Made by a program: the position numbers and the translations under genes. DNA of 64,000 bases from the human T2T-CHM13v2.0 reference genome, Homo sapiens: assembly GCF_009914755.1 (NCBI RefSeq), contig NC_060936.1, one strand, 5' to 3'. Below the pieces are notes generated by a model, which made no database searches, was not told the origin of the DNA, and saw only the letters and a program-made list of their open reading frames with translations. This document shows, piece by piece, positions 36,996 to 48,945 of this stretch. Within the stretch, counting starts at the first letter, position 1, and every line of letters starts with the position of its first letter.

Positions 36996-37415
36996 GTGAG
37001 TGCTGCTAGACTAAGACCTGTAATTCCTAACGACACCTTCAATAGTCTTCTGAAAATATCTATATGATTTGTATATACTATATTGAGAAAATTCATAAAA
37101 AAGACTAGACAGTCTCCTTATTTCCTGAGCTTACAAAGTCCCTCACTAAACCATCATGACATCAAACCAATGACAGATAAATAAGTAATATGGGGAGAAA
37201 ATTCTTATCTTCCCCCAAAAGAGAAGGACATGATTGCTGAGAACTGTCTCAGTAAAATTGCTGTGGAAAGAAATGTTGCATGGGACAAATATGAATTTCT
37301 TCTAGCACTGTGAGTCTCAGAGTAATAGTTTGCTTCTAAGTGGGGATTTGAGATTCCTATAGAAATGAAGTGGAAATAGAGTTCAGCTAGTGTCACCATC
37401 TCTCTCTTGTTGTAG

Positions 37416-37469
37416 GTATTACCGTTGTAGTCTCTGGAAAAACACTGAAACCTGGAAGTTACAAGACAG
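37416..37469 (+). CDS. MUC19: MUC19 54-nt exon C, weak GC donor: (G)ITVVVSGKTLKPGSYKT
   Basis: tgtag|GT...CAG|gcacgt. Confidence 0.5.
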
Positions 37470-37593
37470 GCACGTCTGAAAATACATGCAAAATCTGGAC
37501 ATGGGCACCTTGATTGACATACTCTGCCCACAGCGCAGTGTGTACTCTCTCAAAAACTAGTCTTCACTCCTTCCTTTCTTTTCTCTCTCTCAG

Positions 37594-37647
37594 GGGCCAC
37601 AACTTCCATAGCAGGGAGTGACACCAGCCAAGCAGAACATCCAGGAG
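37594..37647 (+). CDS. MUC19: MUC19 54-nt exon D: (G)ATTSIAGSDTSQAEHPG
   Basis: ctcag|GG...GAG|gtgagc. Confidence 0.85.
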
Positions 37648-37974
37648 GTGAGCTTTTTACTCTGAGGCCTTGGTGCTTTTAGCAAATCCCTGTTCTCCGC
37701 AGTGAAGACATTGATGTGAAGGTGGGCTGAGGAAAGGGGCCTGCATTTCCTCTGGTAACACAGCATGCCGGAGTTACAAACCTGGGTGTGCATAGGAATT
37801 CCCTGGCCTCACCTGGGTTATCCCTCTGGATTTCCAGGAGCCCAGACTTGCAAAGCTAGTTATTATGTAGCAGGGATGAGGGCAAGCTGCTGGATACCCC
37901 CCACCATTCAGGGCATACAATTTGCCTTTTATACAATTTGCCTTTTTCCCAAAGTGTTTACTAACATCTTTCAC

Positions 37975-38140
37975 ACTGACTTATTTGTTACGTTTATTGT
38001 TCATTGCTGGCCTCCAGCTACTAGAATGTAAGGTGCATTAGGAGAAAGATCTTTGAACATTTCGCTCACTGATACATCCCAAGGTCCTAAAACAATATTA
38101 CACAGGAGAGATGCTTAATAAATATTAGTGGAATGATGAA
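37975..38140 (+). mobile_element. L2 3' end; copies also in the D-E intron of other modules
   Basis: ctactagaatgtaagg...gctcactgatacatcccaagg...gcttaataaatattagtggaatgatgaa. Confidence 0.65.
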
Positions 38141-38181
38141 AGAAATTATTTTGAAGTTCTTCATTCTATTTACTCTAATAG

Positions 38182-38222
38182 ATACAATTATAGTTTCACC
38201 TGAAGTCAGAATTCCAAGCCAG
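38182..38222 (+). pseudogene. Family-E exon with 13-nt deletion (41 nt, frameshifting)
   Basis: Paralog of 54-nt exon 50691; taatag|AT...CAG|gtagaa. Confidence 0.6.
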
Positions 38223-38636
38223 GTAGAATAGATTGAGTAAAGTCATCACATGGGAATATTAGAGTTAGAGAGTTATTTTTTAAACATGTGAATATCAAAA
38301 TACCTCAAGTAATTGGTGAGAAATATTTATAAAAATAGAAGGTAGTCTGCTTTTTTCTTCTTAACACATCATTGTCACATCAGGGGGCCCAGCTTTTGGA
38401 AGTTCAACAGGTGAGGGGGAGATAAGGTCTCCTTTCGCATTCACTGGGATCTATGGAAAGGGGAACCCCAGAAGCAACAATGTTCAGTTGAGGGGCAAAG
38501 AAACAAAGGGGTAGTCATTCATGGTTCATTTCCTTCTGAAACATACGTTCTTAGGAAAGGCCTCTAGTGGTTCAGGATCATATCACTTCTTTTACCATTC
38601 TTTGCTCTATTAGCACCTTTACTCTTCTCATTTTAG

Positions 38637-38690
38637 GTACTTCTGGTGAATTCCCAGGAACAACCATTACATCTGGAGATTCCCACACAG
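38637..38690 (+). CDS. MUC19: MUC19 54-nt exon G: (G)TSGEFPGTTITSGDSHT
   Basis: ttttag|GT...CAG|gtagtt. Confidence 0.8.
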
Positions 38691-38814
38691 GTAGTTCAAT
38701 AAGAAGGAAATCCTCATGTTGAATGTACGGTAACTTTTTAGAGCTGCAGTCATAAAATAGCTTTTTCCTTGTATCTTCAATTCCTTACACCCCTTGATTT
38801 TCTTTTTCCCACAG

Positions 38815-38868
38815 AGGCCACAGCTCTAACAGGAAGCAGGGGCAGTATTGGAACTGAATCCACAGTAG
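38815..38868 (+). CDS. MUC19: MUC19 54-nt exon H: (E)ATALTGSRGSIGTESTV
   Basis: cacag|AG...TAG|gtgagg. Confidence 0.85.
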
Positions 38869-39557
38869 GTGAGGAGCAGGCCATGATTTGGGAGTTATGT
38901 GAATTATGACTTTTATTATTATGACTTGTTTAGAAGTGAAATTTCCTACAGAACATTGTGCATTTTTTTTAGGGAAAATGAATCTAAGCCCAAATAATTT
39001 TTTTTTTTACATTTAATGTTTTCTTTTTTTAAAAAAAAAACACAAATTACCAATAGTGTCTTTTGAATGTGATGCCTCTTGAATTTGTTTTGAGAAATTT
39101 CTCCTATAACGTTATAAACATTGCCAGGGTTTTAGTATGAGCTGAAAAGTTTTGCTCTTGGGAAGTAGAGACAAGGTAAATGAACCTTGAAATCATGCCT
39201 AATAAAGGTTTCTATGCCCCAAAAGCAATGCAAATAATTATTATTTTATGAATATCTGAAATTCTCATTAAACTTAATTTTTCTAAAGTAAAACCAATGA
39301 ATATGGGAGGAAACCACCTGTCTTCCTCTAATGGAATTCCAAGAATGCCACATGTTGAGAAATTGATCACCCTTACTATTTTGATAATAAAATTGTTAAT
39401 GAGAAAATACATCTGGCCTATCATCAGGGAAGAACCAGAAAAAGAGTTATTTGGATATAATGATGATTTGCTTAGATTCTTTCTAGAGCCAGATCTTTGG
39501 GAAAAAAAAAAAGAAAACATAAGCACCATAATGACCACAGTCCTCTTGATGTTTCAT

Positions 39558-39611
39558 CCACCACCGGGATAACTCCTGGCACAATTCTTGCCCCTGGCAG
39601 TTCCAATACAA
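39558..39611 (+). pseudogene. Dead family-A exon (54 nt, acceptor AG>AT)
   Basis: tttcat|CCACCACC...CAA|gtgaat. Confidence 0.7.
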
Positions 39612-39762
39612 GTGAATCTACAGGTTGTCAGGAAACTCTTCAAGGATCTTTACATAATTAGATGCCTCATTTGGTGCAATTCTATCCATGAATACTATCA
39701 TATCTGTTTCATGGCCCTTCAATATTTTCCAAGTATGTCCTCTCTGTTTTTCTCTCTCTCAG

Positions 39763-39816
39763 AGACCACAACATACATTGGAGAAAGTGGGACCACAAGA
39801 GGTGGATTAGCCACGG
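39763..39816 (+). CDS. MUC19: MUC19 54-nt exon B: (E)TTTYIGESGTTRGGLAT
   Basis: ctcag|AG...CGG|gtgagc. Confidence 0.85.
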
Positions 39817-40194
39817 GTGAGCATTGCATTCACCTGCCAATAATAACCCCAAAGGATTACAGACTGAAATGTATCCATGCTAATCATTTTTCCAATACTG
39901 AGTATTATTAGAGATAATCTTACCATTATTCATTGACTGAGGTTTCAGATTCTCAAATTTTGTTCTTATTTCCTATGCTTTCAACAGCTGTCCTCATAAC
40001 CCCCAAGGCAATCATGCAGCCATTCCACTGACACTAATTTAGATGTTGTAGAGAGTTAGCTTCTATCTCCCTAGTCCTGAACGCTAGAAGAAAGAAAGCC
40101 CAATAAGTAAAAAATTACTTGGTAAATATTCTGTCACATGTATATCGTATGAAGAATATGCAGATTACTATTAGGCATAAAAAGTCCAGTTTAC

Positions 40195-40509
<315 letters not shown>

Positions 40510-40629
40510 TCACAGTTTACTGAAATAATAAATAAGTATACAGATTGTGTCTGTATACTGTTTGATACTGTTTGCCCACTTCATGGTAATGAGGTATTGA
40601 CCCGTAACTACTCATATCTTTCTTAATAG

Positions 40630-40683
40630 CTACCACTGGGGCATTCTCTGGAAAGACTCTGGAACCTGGGAATGACAACACAG
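40630..40683 (+). CDS. MUC19: MUC19 54-nt exon C, GC donor: (A)TTGAFSGKTLEPGNDNT
   Basis: taatag|CT...CAG|gcaagt. Confidence 0.75.
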
Positions 40684-40803
40684 GCAAGTCCACAAGCACA
40701 CAGGGAATGCTACACCATGGCTGCTCAAGTGATAGGCTCCTAGGGTTATATAACCTTGTATTTCCCATACTGAAGACTTCATGCTTGCTTTCTTTTCTCT
40801 CAG

Positions 40804-40857
40804 AGGCCACAGGTTCCACAGGAGGGATCAGGGCCACCAGAACAGAAGCTCCAGGAG
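40804..40857 (+). CDS. MUC19: MUC19 54-nt exon D: (E)ATGSTGGIRATRTEAPG
   Basis: ctcag|AG...GAG|gtaagg. Confidence 0.85.
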
Positions 40858-41359
40858 GTAAGGTTCACGAGTCCCAGGCCTCAGGGTTCTCCTAATTTTC
40901 CTGTTGTGCTGAGGTGAACACATAAATGAGAATGGGGGCCAAAGAAAGGGGGTTACTTCTTGCCTGGAAGCACAACATGTATTCTGACCATCCTGAGTAT
41001 TCCTGCTAAAGAATTTGAGACACTGGGTTATGTATGTCAGGCATTGCTCCATGGCCTGTGTGACAGTGTTAGTTGTCTGGACACCTGGTTGAGGCCCACT
41101 GACCTGCAGCAGTCTTCTTGGAACCCTCATTGTCCCCACTTTGCTCATGATGATTCTGCAAAGTACTATCACCTGCTGCCATCTCTCAAACGTATTTATT
41201 ACACTTCCTGTTTACTTCCTGTGTTTCCTCTCCCACAAATGTAAATCACATGAGGCAGAGACCTTTCTCTCTTCTTCTCACTGTCAGATACAGTGAAAAT
41301 TCTTCTAGAATATGAGATGAGTGACAGGCATATTCTTATGTAGAATGGTACTTCAATGG

Positions 41360-41413
41360 GTACCAACAAAGTTGCCCTTGGTGTCAGCAACAGCTCACAG
41401 AATCCCATGCCAG
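41360..41413 (+). pseudogene. Dead family-E exon (both splice sites lost)
   Basis: caatgg|GTACC...CAG|ttggca. Confidence 0.6.
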
Positions 41414-41794
41414 TTGGCATAGGCTACATAAAGACACTAAAGGAAGCTATAAACATCCATGTATTTATTCTTAAAAACATGATAATCACAGTATTACCTG
41501 TTCCACAAAGGAAAACACTTAGAATGTTCAAGACTTTTTCTTGCTCCTGGATCACTAGAGACCCAAGTCACTGGACATGAAATCTGTAAAGTCAGATTAA
41601 ACATCCTTCTTTCTAAATAGGCTCTGATGGAAGAAGTAGTTAGTAGCAAAACAATAGTGGATACATTGCAGGGAACCATTATGGTTCATTTCCCTCCAAA
41701 ACAGATTATGAGGAAAGATATTCCAGTGGATCAAGACAGCATTGCTGTTTCCAGTGTTGTTTGTCCTATTAGCTTCTTTACTTTCTCATTGTAG

Positions 41795-41848
41795 GTACCT
41801 CTGGTGAATTCCCAGGGACAACATTTACATCTGGAGGTTCCCACACAG
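41795..41848 (+). CDS. MUC19: MUC19 54-nt exon G: (G)TSGEFPGTTFTSGGSHT
   Basis: tgtag|GT...CAG|gtagtt. Confidence 0.8.
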
Positions 41849-41979
41849 GTAGTTGAATGGGAAGGAAATCCTCATCTTGAATGCATGATGACTTTGTAGC
41901 GCTGCAGTCAAGAAATAGTGACTCAGTGTTTTTTGCCAGTGTCTCCCAGACCTCTTGATCCTATTCTTTCTTTTCTCAG

Positions 41980-42033
41980 AGGCCACAACTTTCACAGGAG
42001 GCAAGGGCAGTACTGGAACTGAATCCAGAGCAG
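41980..42033 (+). CDS. MUC19: MUC19 54-nt exon H: (E)ATTFTGGKGSTGTESRA
   Basis: ctcag|AG...CAG|gtgagg. Confidence 0.85.
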
Positions 42034-42718
42034 GTGAGGATGAGCAGCCCATAATTCACATGTTACCATGAATCTTGACTCTCATTAGGATGACTTTTTT
42101 GGGAGTGGACTTTTCTGCAGAATATTATGCATTTATTTAGGGATAATGAATCTTGGGCCCAGGAGAACTTCCTTTAGATTTTATATTTTCTAAAACTTTA
42201 CCAATAGCCTCTTTCAAAGTGGGATATCTATTGCATTTGTTTTGAGAAGTTTCTCCTGTGAGGGTACATAGAAACGTTGCCAGGGTGTTACTGGGAACTA
42301 TGAACAGTTTTGTTGTAGGGAAGAAGAGATAACTTAAATGAACCTTAGAAACATTCCTAAAGAGTGGTTTTCATGCCTTAGAAGCAAGAGAAATGTTTGG
42401 TATATTCTTGATTTGTAAGAGTCTCAGGAAAATTGTTTGTCTCCCATATTCCAGGGAGTAAAATGGTGAACATGGGGACCACCACCTGTTTCCTGATGGA
42501 AGACCAGAAATATTGCCTCAACTTAAGGAATTGGACCTCCTGATTGTTTTGCTAGTAAAATGGATATGCAGAAAATATACAGGGCATGACATCAGGAAGG
42601 ATCATGGAAAGCACCATTTATAAATAATTCAGATAGGCCTAGATAGTTTTTAGAGGCAGGCCTAGAGGAAAGGGAAAAGTTGATCACCATGGTGATCCCA
42701 CTCTTCTTTGTGTTTCAG

Positions 42719-42772
42719 CCACCACTAGGGCAGCTCCTGGCACAACTCTTGTCCCTGGCAGTTCCAATACAG
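42719..42772 (+). CDS. MUC19: MUC19 54-nt exon A: (A)TTRAAPGTTLVPGSSNT
   Basis: tttcag|CC...CAG|gtgagt. Confidence 0.85.
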
Positions 42773-42928
42773 GTGAGTCTGCAGGTTGCCAGGGAACCTT
42801 CAGAGCTCCTCCCATATTTCAATGTGCGATGTCTCCTCTGCTGCTGTTCTTTCCAGAGGTTGTATCATGTTCTTTTCATGGTCCTTGAGTATTTCCTAAT
42901 ATACCTTCCTTGTTTTTCTGTCTCTCAG

Positions 42929-42982
42929 GGGCCACAGCTTCCCCAGGTGGAAGTGCAACGACAAGAGGTAGAATAACCACCG
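42929..42982 (+). CDS. MUC19: MUC19 54-nt exon B: (G)ATASPGGSATTRGRITT
   Basis: ctcag|GG...CCG|gtgagc. Confidence 0.85.
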
Positions 42983-43118
42983 GTGAGCATTGCTGGGTCA
43001 TTGGACTCACTTTTTAATAATATCCAATAAACCTTATTGCTTTAAATGTATTCATGTCACACATTTCTTCACCACTGAGCATTGTTAGGTAAAATCTTAC
43101 CTTCATTCATTAATTATA

Positions 43119-43170
43119 TCAGGTAGCTGCAAAAGTAATTGCGGTTTTGCTATTGCAGATCATAACAAAT
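43119..43170. mobile_element. MADE1 remnant (copy 1)
   Basis: tcaggtagctgcaaaagtaattgcggttttgctattg. Confidence 0.7.
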
Positions 43171-43556
43171 TGGCAACTCAGAAATAGCAAATCAGTGATA
43201 GCAAATCAGAAACTGAAAATTAATTTCTTTCTATACTTTAAGCAAACACTTCCTTTAGTCTTCAGGTAATCATGTAGCCATTGGACAGTTAAATAGAGAA
43301 TCTAGAGTGATAGCTGCTAGGACCCTATTCCTGAACCCTAGAGAAATGGAGACCCAATAAGTAAAAATTCCTTTGGTACTATACCATGAGAAGGGTATTA
43401 TATGAGGAGTATATGGATGACCTTTTGGGATTTAAAGCCCAGTTTCCTGAAATATTGAAAAAGTATACAGATTTATCCATTTATGAGGTTGTTATTCTCT
43501 GCCTACTTGATGATGATGAGGTACTGACCCATGATTACCCATCTCTTTCTTAATAG

Positions 43557-43610
43557 CTACCACTGGGGCTTTCTCTGGAAAGACTCTCGAATCTGAGAAT
43601 GACAACACAG
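43557..43610 (+). CDS. MUC19: MUC19 54-nt exon C, GC donor: (A)TTGAFSGKTLESENDNT
   Basis: taatag|CT...CAG|gcaagt. Confidence 0.75.
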
Positions 43611-43730
43611 GCAAGTCCACAGCCACACAGGGAATGCTATGCCATGACTGCTCGGGTGACAGGCTCCTAGGGTTACATAACCCTGCACTCTCCATACTGT
43701 AGATGTCATCCTTGTTTTCTTTTCTCTCAG

Positions 43731-43784
43731 AGGCCACAAGTTCCACCAGAGGGGTCAGGACCACCAGGTCAGAAGCACCAGGAG
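43731..43784 (+). CDS. MUC19: MUC19 54-nt exon D: (E)ATSSTRGVRTTRSEAPG
   Basis: ctcag|AG...GAG|gtaagc. Confidence 0.85.
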
Positions 43785-44306
43785 GTAAGCTTCGTCAATC
43801 CAAGGCTTCAGAGTTCTCATCATTGCCATTTTGTGCTCAGGGTAACACATAAATGAGAAACGGGGCCAAGGAAAGGGGGTTACTTCTTGTCTGGAAGGAC
43901 AACATGTACTGTGGCCATCCTGAGTAGTTCTGCTAAGGAATTTCAGAAACCGGGCCATCTAAGTCAGGCATTGCGCCATGGCCTGGGTGACAATGTTAGT
44001 TCTCTAGACACCTGTCTGTGGCCCACTGAGCTACAGCAGCCTTCCTGGAACACTGATTCTCCCCGTTCTGCTCATCATGATTCTGCAAAGTACAATCACC
44101 TGCTACTATCTCACTAACATGTTTTTTACACTTCTTGTTTATTTCCTCTGTTCTTTCTCCCACAAATGTAAATCACATGTGGCAGAGACCCTTGTCTCTT
44201 CTTCTCATTGACAGAAGACTGTCAGACACAGTGGAAATGCTTCCAGAATATGAGAGGAGTGACAGGCATATTCTTATGTAGAATGTCACTCTGTTTACTT
44301 CAATGG

Positions 44307-44360
44307 CTACCACCCTCATTTCCCTTCGTGTCAGCAGCAGTTCACAGGATCCCATGCCAG
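44307..44360 (+). pseudogene. Dead family-E exon (both splice sites lost)
   Basis: caatgg|CTACC...CAG|ctggca. Confidence 0.6.
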
Positions 44361-44749
44361 CTGGCACAGGCTACAGAAAAACACTAAATGAATCTATAAA
44401 CATCTCCTATGTGTTTATTCTTAAAAACATGATAATTACAATATTACCTTTTCCACAAAGGAGAACACTTAGAATGTTCAAGACTTTTTCTTGCTCCTGG
44501 ATCACTAGAGAGCCAAGTCACTGGATGTGAAACCTAAAAAGTGAGATTAAACTTCCCTCTTTTTAAATAGACCGTGATAGAAAAAATAGCCAGCAGCAAA
44601 ACAATAGTGTATACATTGTAGGGAAAACCATTCACGATTCATTTCCTTCAGAAACAGAGATTATGAGGAAAGGTCTTCCAGTGTATCAAGGCAGTATTGC
44701 TGTTTCCAGTGTTGTTTGTCCTATTAGCTGCTTTACTTTCTCATTGTAG

Positions 44750-44803
44750 GTACTTCTGGTGAATTCCCTGGGACAAGAATTACATCTGGAGGTTCCTACA
44801 CAG
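44750..44803 (+). CDS. MUC19: MUC19 54-nt exon G: (G)TSGEFPGTRITSGGSYT
   Basis: tgtag|GT...CAG|gtagtt. Confidence 0.8.
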
Positions 44804-44934
44804 GTAGTTGAATGGGAAGGAAATCCTCATTTTGAATGCATGATGACTTTGTAGAGCTGCAATCATAAAATAGCAACTTAATGCTTTTTGCCAGTGTCTC
44901 CCAGACCTCTTGATCCTATTCTTTCTTTTCTCAG

Positions 44935-44988
44935 CGGCCGCAACTTTAACAGGAGGCAAGGGCAGTACTGGAACTGAATCCAGAGCAG
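44935..44988 (+). CDS. MUC19: MUC19 54-nt exon H: (A)AATLTGGKGSTGTESRA
   Basis: ctcag|CG...CAG|gtgagg. Confidence 0.85.
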
Positions 44989-45674
44989 GTGAGGATGAGC
45001 AGCCCATAATTCATGTGTTACTGTGAAGCTTGACTCTCATTAGGATGACTTGTTTGGAAGTGGACTTTTCTGCAGAATATTATGCATTCATTTAGGGATA
45101 ATGAATCTTAGGCCCAGTAGAACTTCCTTTAGATTTTATATTTTCTAAAACTTTACCAGTAGCCTCTTTTAAATTGGGGTATCTATTGCATTTGTTCTGA
45201 GAAGTTTCTCCTGTGAGGTTACATAGAAACGTTGCCAGGGTGTTACTGGGAACTATGAACAGTTTTGATCTAGGGAAGAAGAGATAACTTAAATGAACCT
45301 TAGAAACATACATAAATAATGGTTTTCATGCCTCAGAAACAACAGAAATGTTTAGTATATTCTTGACGCATAAGAGTCCCAGGGAAATTGTTTTGGTCTT
45401 CCATATTCCGGGGCATAAAATAGTAAATAAGGGGAACACTACCTGTCTCCTGATGAAGACCAGACATATGGTCTCAAGTTAAGGATTCGGACCTCTTGAT
45501 TGTTTTGCTAGTAAAATGGACAAGGAGAAAATATACAGGGCACCATATCAGGAAGAATCAGTGAAAGCACCATTCATAAATAATTCAGATAAGTCTGGGT
45601 AGTTTTTAGAGGCAGGCCTATAGGAAAGGGAAAGGTTGATCACCATGGTGATCCCACTCTTCTTTGTGTTTCAG

Positions 45675-45728
45675 CCACCACCAGGGCAGCTCCTGGCACA
45701 ACTCTTGCCCCTGGCAGTTCCAACACGG
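45675..45728 (+). CDS. MUC19: MUC19 54-nt exon A: (A)TTRAAPGTTLAPGSSNT
   Basis: tttcag|CC...CGG|gtgagt. Confidence 0.85.
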
Positions 45729-45884
45729 GTGAGTCTGCGGGTTGCCAGGGAACCTTCAGAGCTCCTCCCATATTTCGATGTTCGATGTCTCCTCTGCTGC
45801 TGTTCTTTCAAGAAGTTGTATCGTCTTCTTTTCATGGTCCTTGAATATTTCCTAATATGCCTTCCCTGTTTTTCTGTCTCTCAG

Positions 45885-45938
45885 GGGCCACAGCTTCCCT
45901 AGGTGGAAGTGCAATGACAAGAGGTAGAATAACCACCG
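45885..45938 (+). CDS. MUC19: MUC19 54-nt exon B: (G)ATASLGGSAMTRGRITT
   Basis: ctcag|GG...CCG|gtgagc. Confidence 0.85.
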
Positions 45939-46073
45939 GTGAGCATTGCTCGGTCGTTGCACTCACTCTTTAATAATATCCATGAAAGGTTATTGCTTGA
46001 AATGTATGCATGTCACATATTTTTTCACATGGAACATTGTTAGGTAAGATCTTACCTTCATTTATTAAGTATA

Positions 46074-46128
46074 TCAAGTTTGTGCAAAAGTAACTGCAGG
46101 TTTGCTATTGAAATTAATAGCAAATCAG
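46074..46128. mobile_element. MADE1 remnant (copy 2, duplicated with its module)
   Basis: tcaagtttgtgcaaaagtaactgcaggtttgctattgaaattaatagcaaa. Confidence 0.7.
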
Positions 46129-46512
46129 ACACACAGAAATAGCAACTCAGTGATAGCAAATCAGAAACTCAAAATTTAATATATTTCTGTACTTTAAGCA
46201 GACCCTCCCACTAGTCCCCAAGGTAATCATGCAGCCATTGGACAGTTACATAGAGAATCTAGAGTGATAGCTGCTAGAAGCCTCTTCCAGAACTCTAGCT
46301 AAATGGAGACCCAATAAGTTAAATTCTTTTGGTACTATACTGTGGGAAGGATATTACATGAGGAATATATAGTTGACCTTTTGGGATTTAAAGCCCAGTT
46401 TCCTGAGATATTGAATAAGTATACAGATTTATCCATTTATGAGGTTGTTATTCTCTGTCCACTTGATGATGATGAGGTACTTACCCATTATTACCCATCT
46501 GTTTCTTAATAG

Positions 46513-46566
46513 CTACCACTGGGGCTTTCTCTGGAAAGACTCTGGAACCTGGGAACAACAACACAG
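46513..46566 (+). CDS. MUC19: MUC19 54-nt exon C, GC donor: (A)TTGAFSGKTLEPGNNNT
   Basis: taatag|CT...CAG|gcaagt. Confidence 0.75.
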
Positions 46567-46686
46567 GCAAGTCCACAAGCACACAGGGAATGCAACACCA
46601 TGGCTGCTCGGGCGACAGGCTCCTAGGGTTACATAACCCTGTAATTCCCATACTGTAGATGTCATCCTTGCTTTCTTTTCTCTCAG

Positions 46687-46740
46687 AGGCCACAAGTTCC
46701 ACCAGAGGGGTCAGGACCACCAGATCAGAAGCTCCAGGAG
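46687..46740 (+). CDS. MUC19: MUC19 54-nt exon D: (E)ATSSTRGVRTTRSEAPG
   Basis: ctcag|AG...GAG|gtaagc. Confidence 0.85.
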
Positions 46741-47259
46741 GTAAGCTTCATCAGTCGCAGGCTTCAGAGTTCTCATCGTCGTTTTGTGCTCAGGATAACA
46801 CATAAATGAGAAACGGGGCCAAGGAAAGGGGGTTACTTCTTGTCTGGAAGGACAACATGTATTCTGGCCAATCTGAGTAGTTCTGCTAAGGAGTTTCAGA
46901 CACAGGGTTATCTAAGTTAGGTGTTGCCCCATGGCCCGTGTGACAGTGTTAGTTCTCTGGACACCTGTCTGAGGCCCACTGACCTGCAGCAGCATCCCCA
47001 GAACCCTGATTCTCCCCACTCAGGTCATCATGACTCTGCATAGCACTATCACCTACTGCCATCTCTCGAGCATATTTATTATACTTCTTGTTTATTTCGT
47101 GTTTTCTCTCTCCCATAAATGTAAATCACATGAGACAGAGACCTCTGTCTATTCTTGTCTCTGAGAAGTGGATGTCAGGCACACAGGAAATGCTTCCATA
47201 ATGTGAGATGGGTGACTGGTATATTCTTATGCAGAGTGTCACTATGTTTAATTTAGCAG

Positions 47260-47313
47260 CTACCACCACAGTTTCATTTGGTGTCAGCAGCAGTTCGCAG
47301 GGTCCCAAGCAAG
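47260..47313 (+). CDS. MUC19: MUC19 54-nt exon E: (A)TTTVSFGVSSSSQGPKQ
   Basis: ttagcag|CT (NAGNAG)...AAG|gtagga. Confidence 0.7.
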
Positions 47314-47691
47314 GTAGGATGAACTACTTAAAGTCAGCAGAGGAAGGTATAAATATCTCATAGGAGGGCATTGCTCAGCATATGATAAGCACAATATCGC
47401 CGGTTATTGATATGAGAACATTTAGAATGTTCAAGTCTTTTTCTCCTTCCTGGGAGCACAAGAAAAGCACAACATTTGAAGTGAAATCAAGAAAGTGAAG
47501 TTAAGCTTCCTTTTTCAGTAGAGTACAGGGGAAGGGATAGTCAGTATAAAAACATTAGTAAGTTGGCAAAAATTATTCATGGTTCATATTTTCTGAAACA
47601 AGTTTTCAAGAAAGGTCTTCCAGTGGTTCAGGACCACGTTGCTGATTCCAGTACTGCTTGCTCTATTAGTTCCTTTAGTTTCTCATTTTAG

Positions 47692-47745
47692 GGACTTCTG
47701 GTAAATTCTGTGGGACAACCATTTCACTGGGAGGTTCTAGCACAG
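47692..47745 (+). CDS. MUC19: MUC19 54-nt exon G: (G)TSGKFCGTTISLGGSST
   Basis: ttttag|GG...CAG|gtagtt. Confidence 0.8.
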
Positions 47746-47883
47746 GTAGTTCACTAAGAAGGTCATCGTCATCTTGCATGGGTGATAACTTTATAGAAAT
47801 TCAGTGATAAAATAGCAACTCAGTACTTTTTACCAGCATCTTAAATTTCCTAGACCTCTTGATTCTTCTCTTTCTTTCCTCAG

Positions 47884-47937
47884 AGGCCACAACTCTCACA
47901 GGAGACAGGAGCAGTACCGGAAGTGAATCCAGAACAG
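47884..47937 (+). CDS. MUC19: MUC19 54-nt exon H: (E)ATTLTGDRSSTGSESRT
   Basis: ctcag|AG...CAG|gtgagg. Confidence 0.85.
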
Positions 47938-48317
47938 GTGAGGATGGCAGCTTATGATTGGGGAGTTACCAAGAACCATGACTTTCGGGATAACTTGCTT
48001 GGAAGTAGGCTTTCCTACAGAATATTAAGTAATTTATTTAGGGACAATCTGTCTGAGGCCAAATATATTTTTTAATTTAATATTTTCCTTAACCTTTTAA
48101 TATACACTTTTCAAATGGGTTGACTCTTCTAGTTGGGGTGTAAATGAAATGTAATTGTTCTGAGAAATTTCCCCATAACATTACATTGAAACATTTTCAA
48201 CGTAGTAGTAGGAACTAAAAGCAGTTTTAACCCTGGGAAGTAGAGATATATGAATCTTGGAATCATGCCTACATAGATTTTTTTTTTGCCCTAAAGTAAT
48301 AGAAATAATTAGTAGTA

Positions 48318-48945
48318 AGTCAATGGGTACAAAATCACAATTAGATAGCAGGCATTAGTTCCGGTGGTTTATAGTGCAGTGGAGTGCCTATAGTAAGCAA
48401 TATTATAGTATATATTTGAAAATACCTTGAAGAGATATGTGTCAGTCCATTTTCATGCTGCTGATAAAGACATACCCAAGACTGCATAGTTTATAAAGAA
48501 AAAGAGATTTAATGGACTCACAGTTCCACAAGGCTATGGAGGCCTCACAATCATGGTGGAAGGCGAAAGGCATGTCTTACATGGCAACAGGCAAGAGAGA
48601 GCTTGTGCAGGGGAACTCCCCTTTATAAAACCATCAGATCTTGTGAGACTTATTCACTGTCATAAAAACAGCAGGGGAAAGACCCACTCCCATGGTTCAA
48701 CTATCTCCCACCGGGTCCCTCCCATGACACATGTGAATTGTGGGAGCTACATTTCAAGATGAGATTTGGGTGGGGACACAGCCAAACCATATCAAGAGGA
48801 TTCTAAATTTTCTTACCACAAAGCTATGATAAATGTCAGAGATTATGGTTATGCTAAAGACCATGACTTGACTATTACAATGTGTATACATCTATATCAA
48901 AACCTCACGCTGGAAATATGTAAAATTATGTGTCGATTAAAAATG
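48318..48945 (+). mobile_element. L1MA-type 3' UTR fragment interrupted by a THE1 LTR
   Basis: gtcaatgggtacaaaatcacaattagatag...; paralog of 36150-36445. Confidence 0.7.
48438..48794 (-). mobile_element. THE1B-like MaLR solo LTR
   Basis: gctgctgataaagacatacccaagact...gagatttgggtggggacacagccaaaccatatca. Confidence 0.92.

Larger units (their letters stand above)
41200..47100 (+). repeat. Young tandem segmental duplication, two ~2.96-kb modules (offset 2955-2956)
   Basis: Exon pairs 41795/44750, 42719/45675, 43557/46513, 43731/46687 with near-identical introns. Confidence 0.9.
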
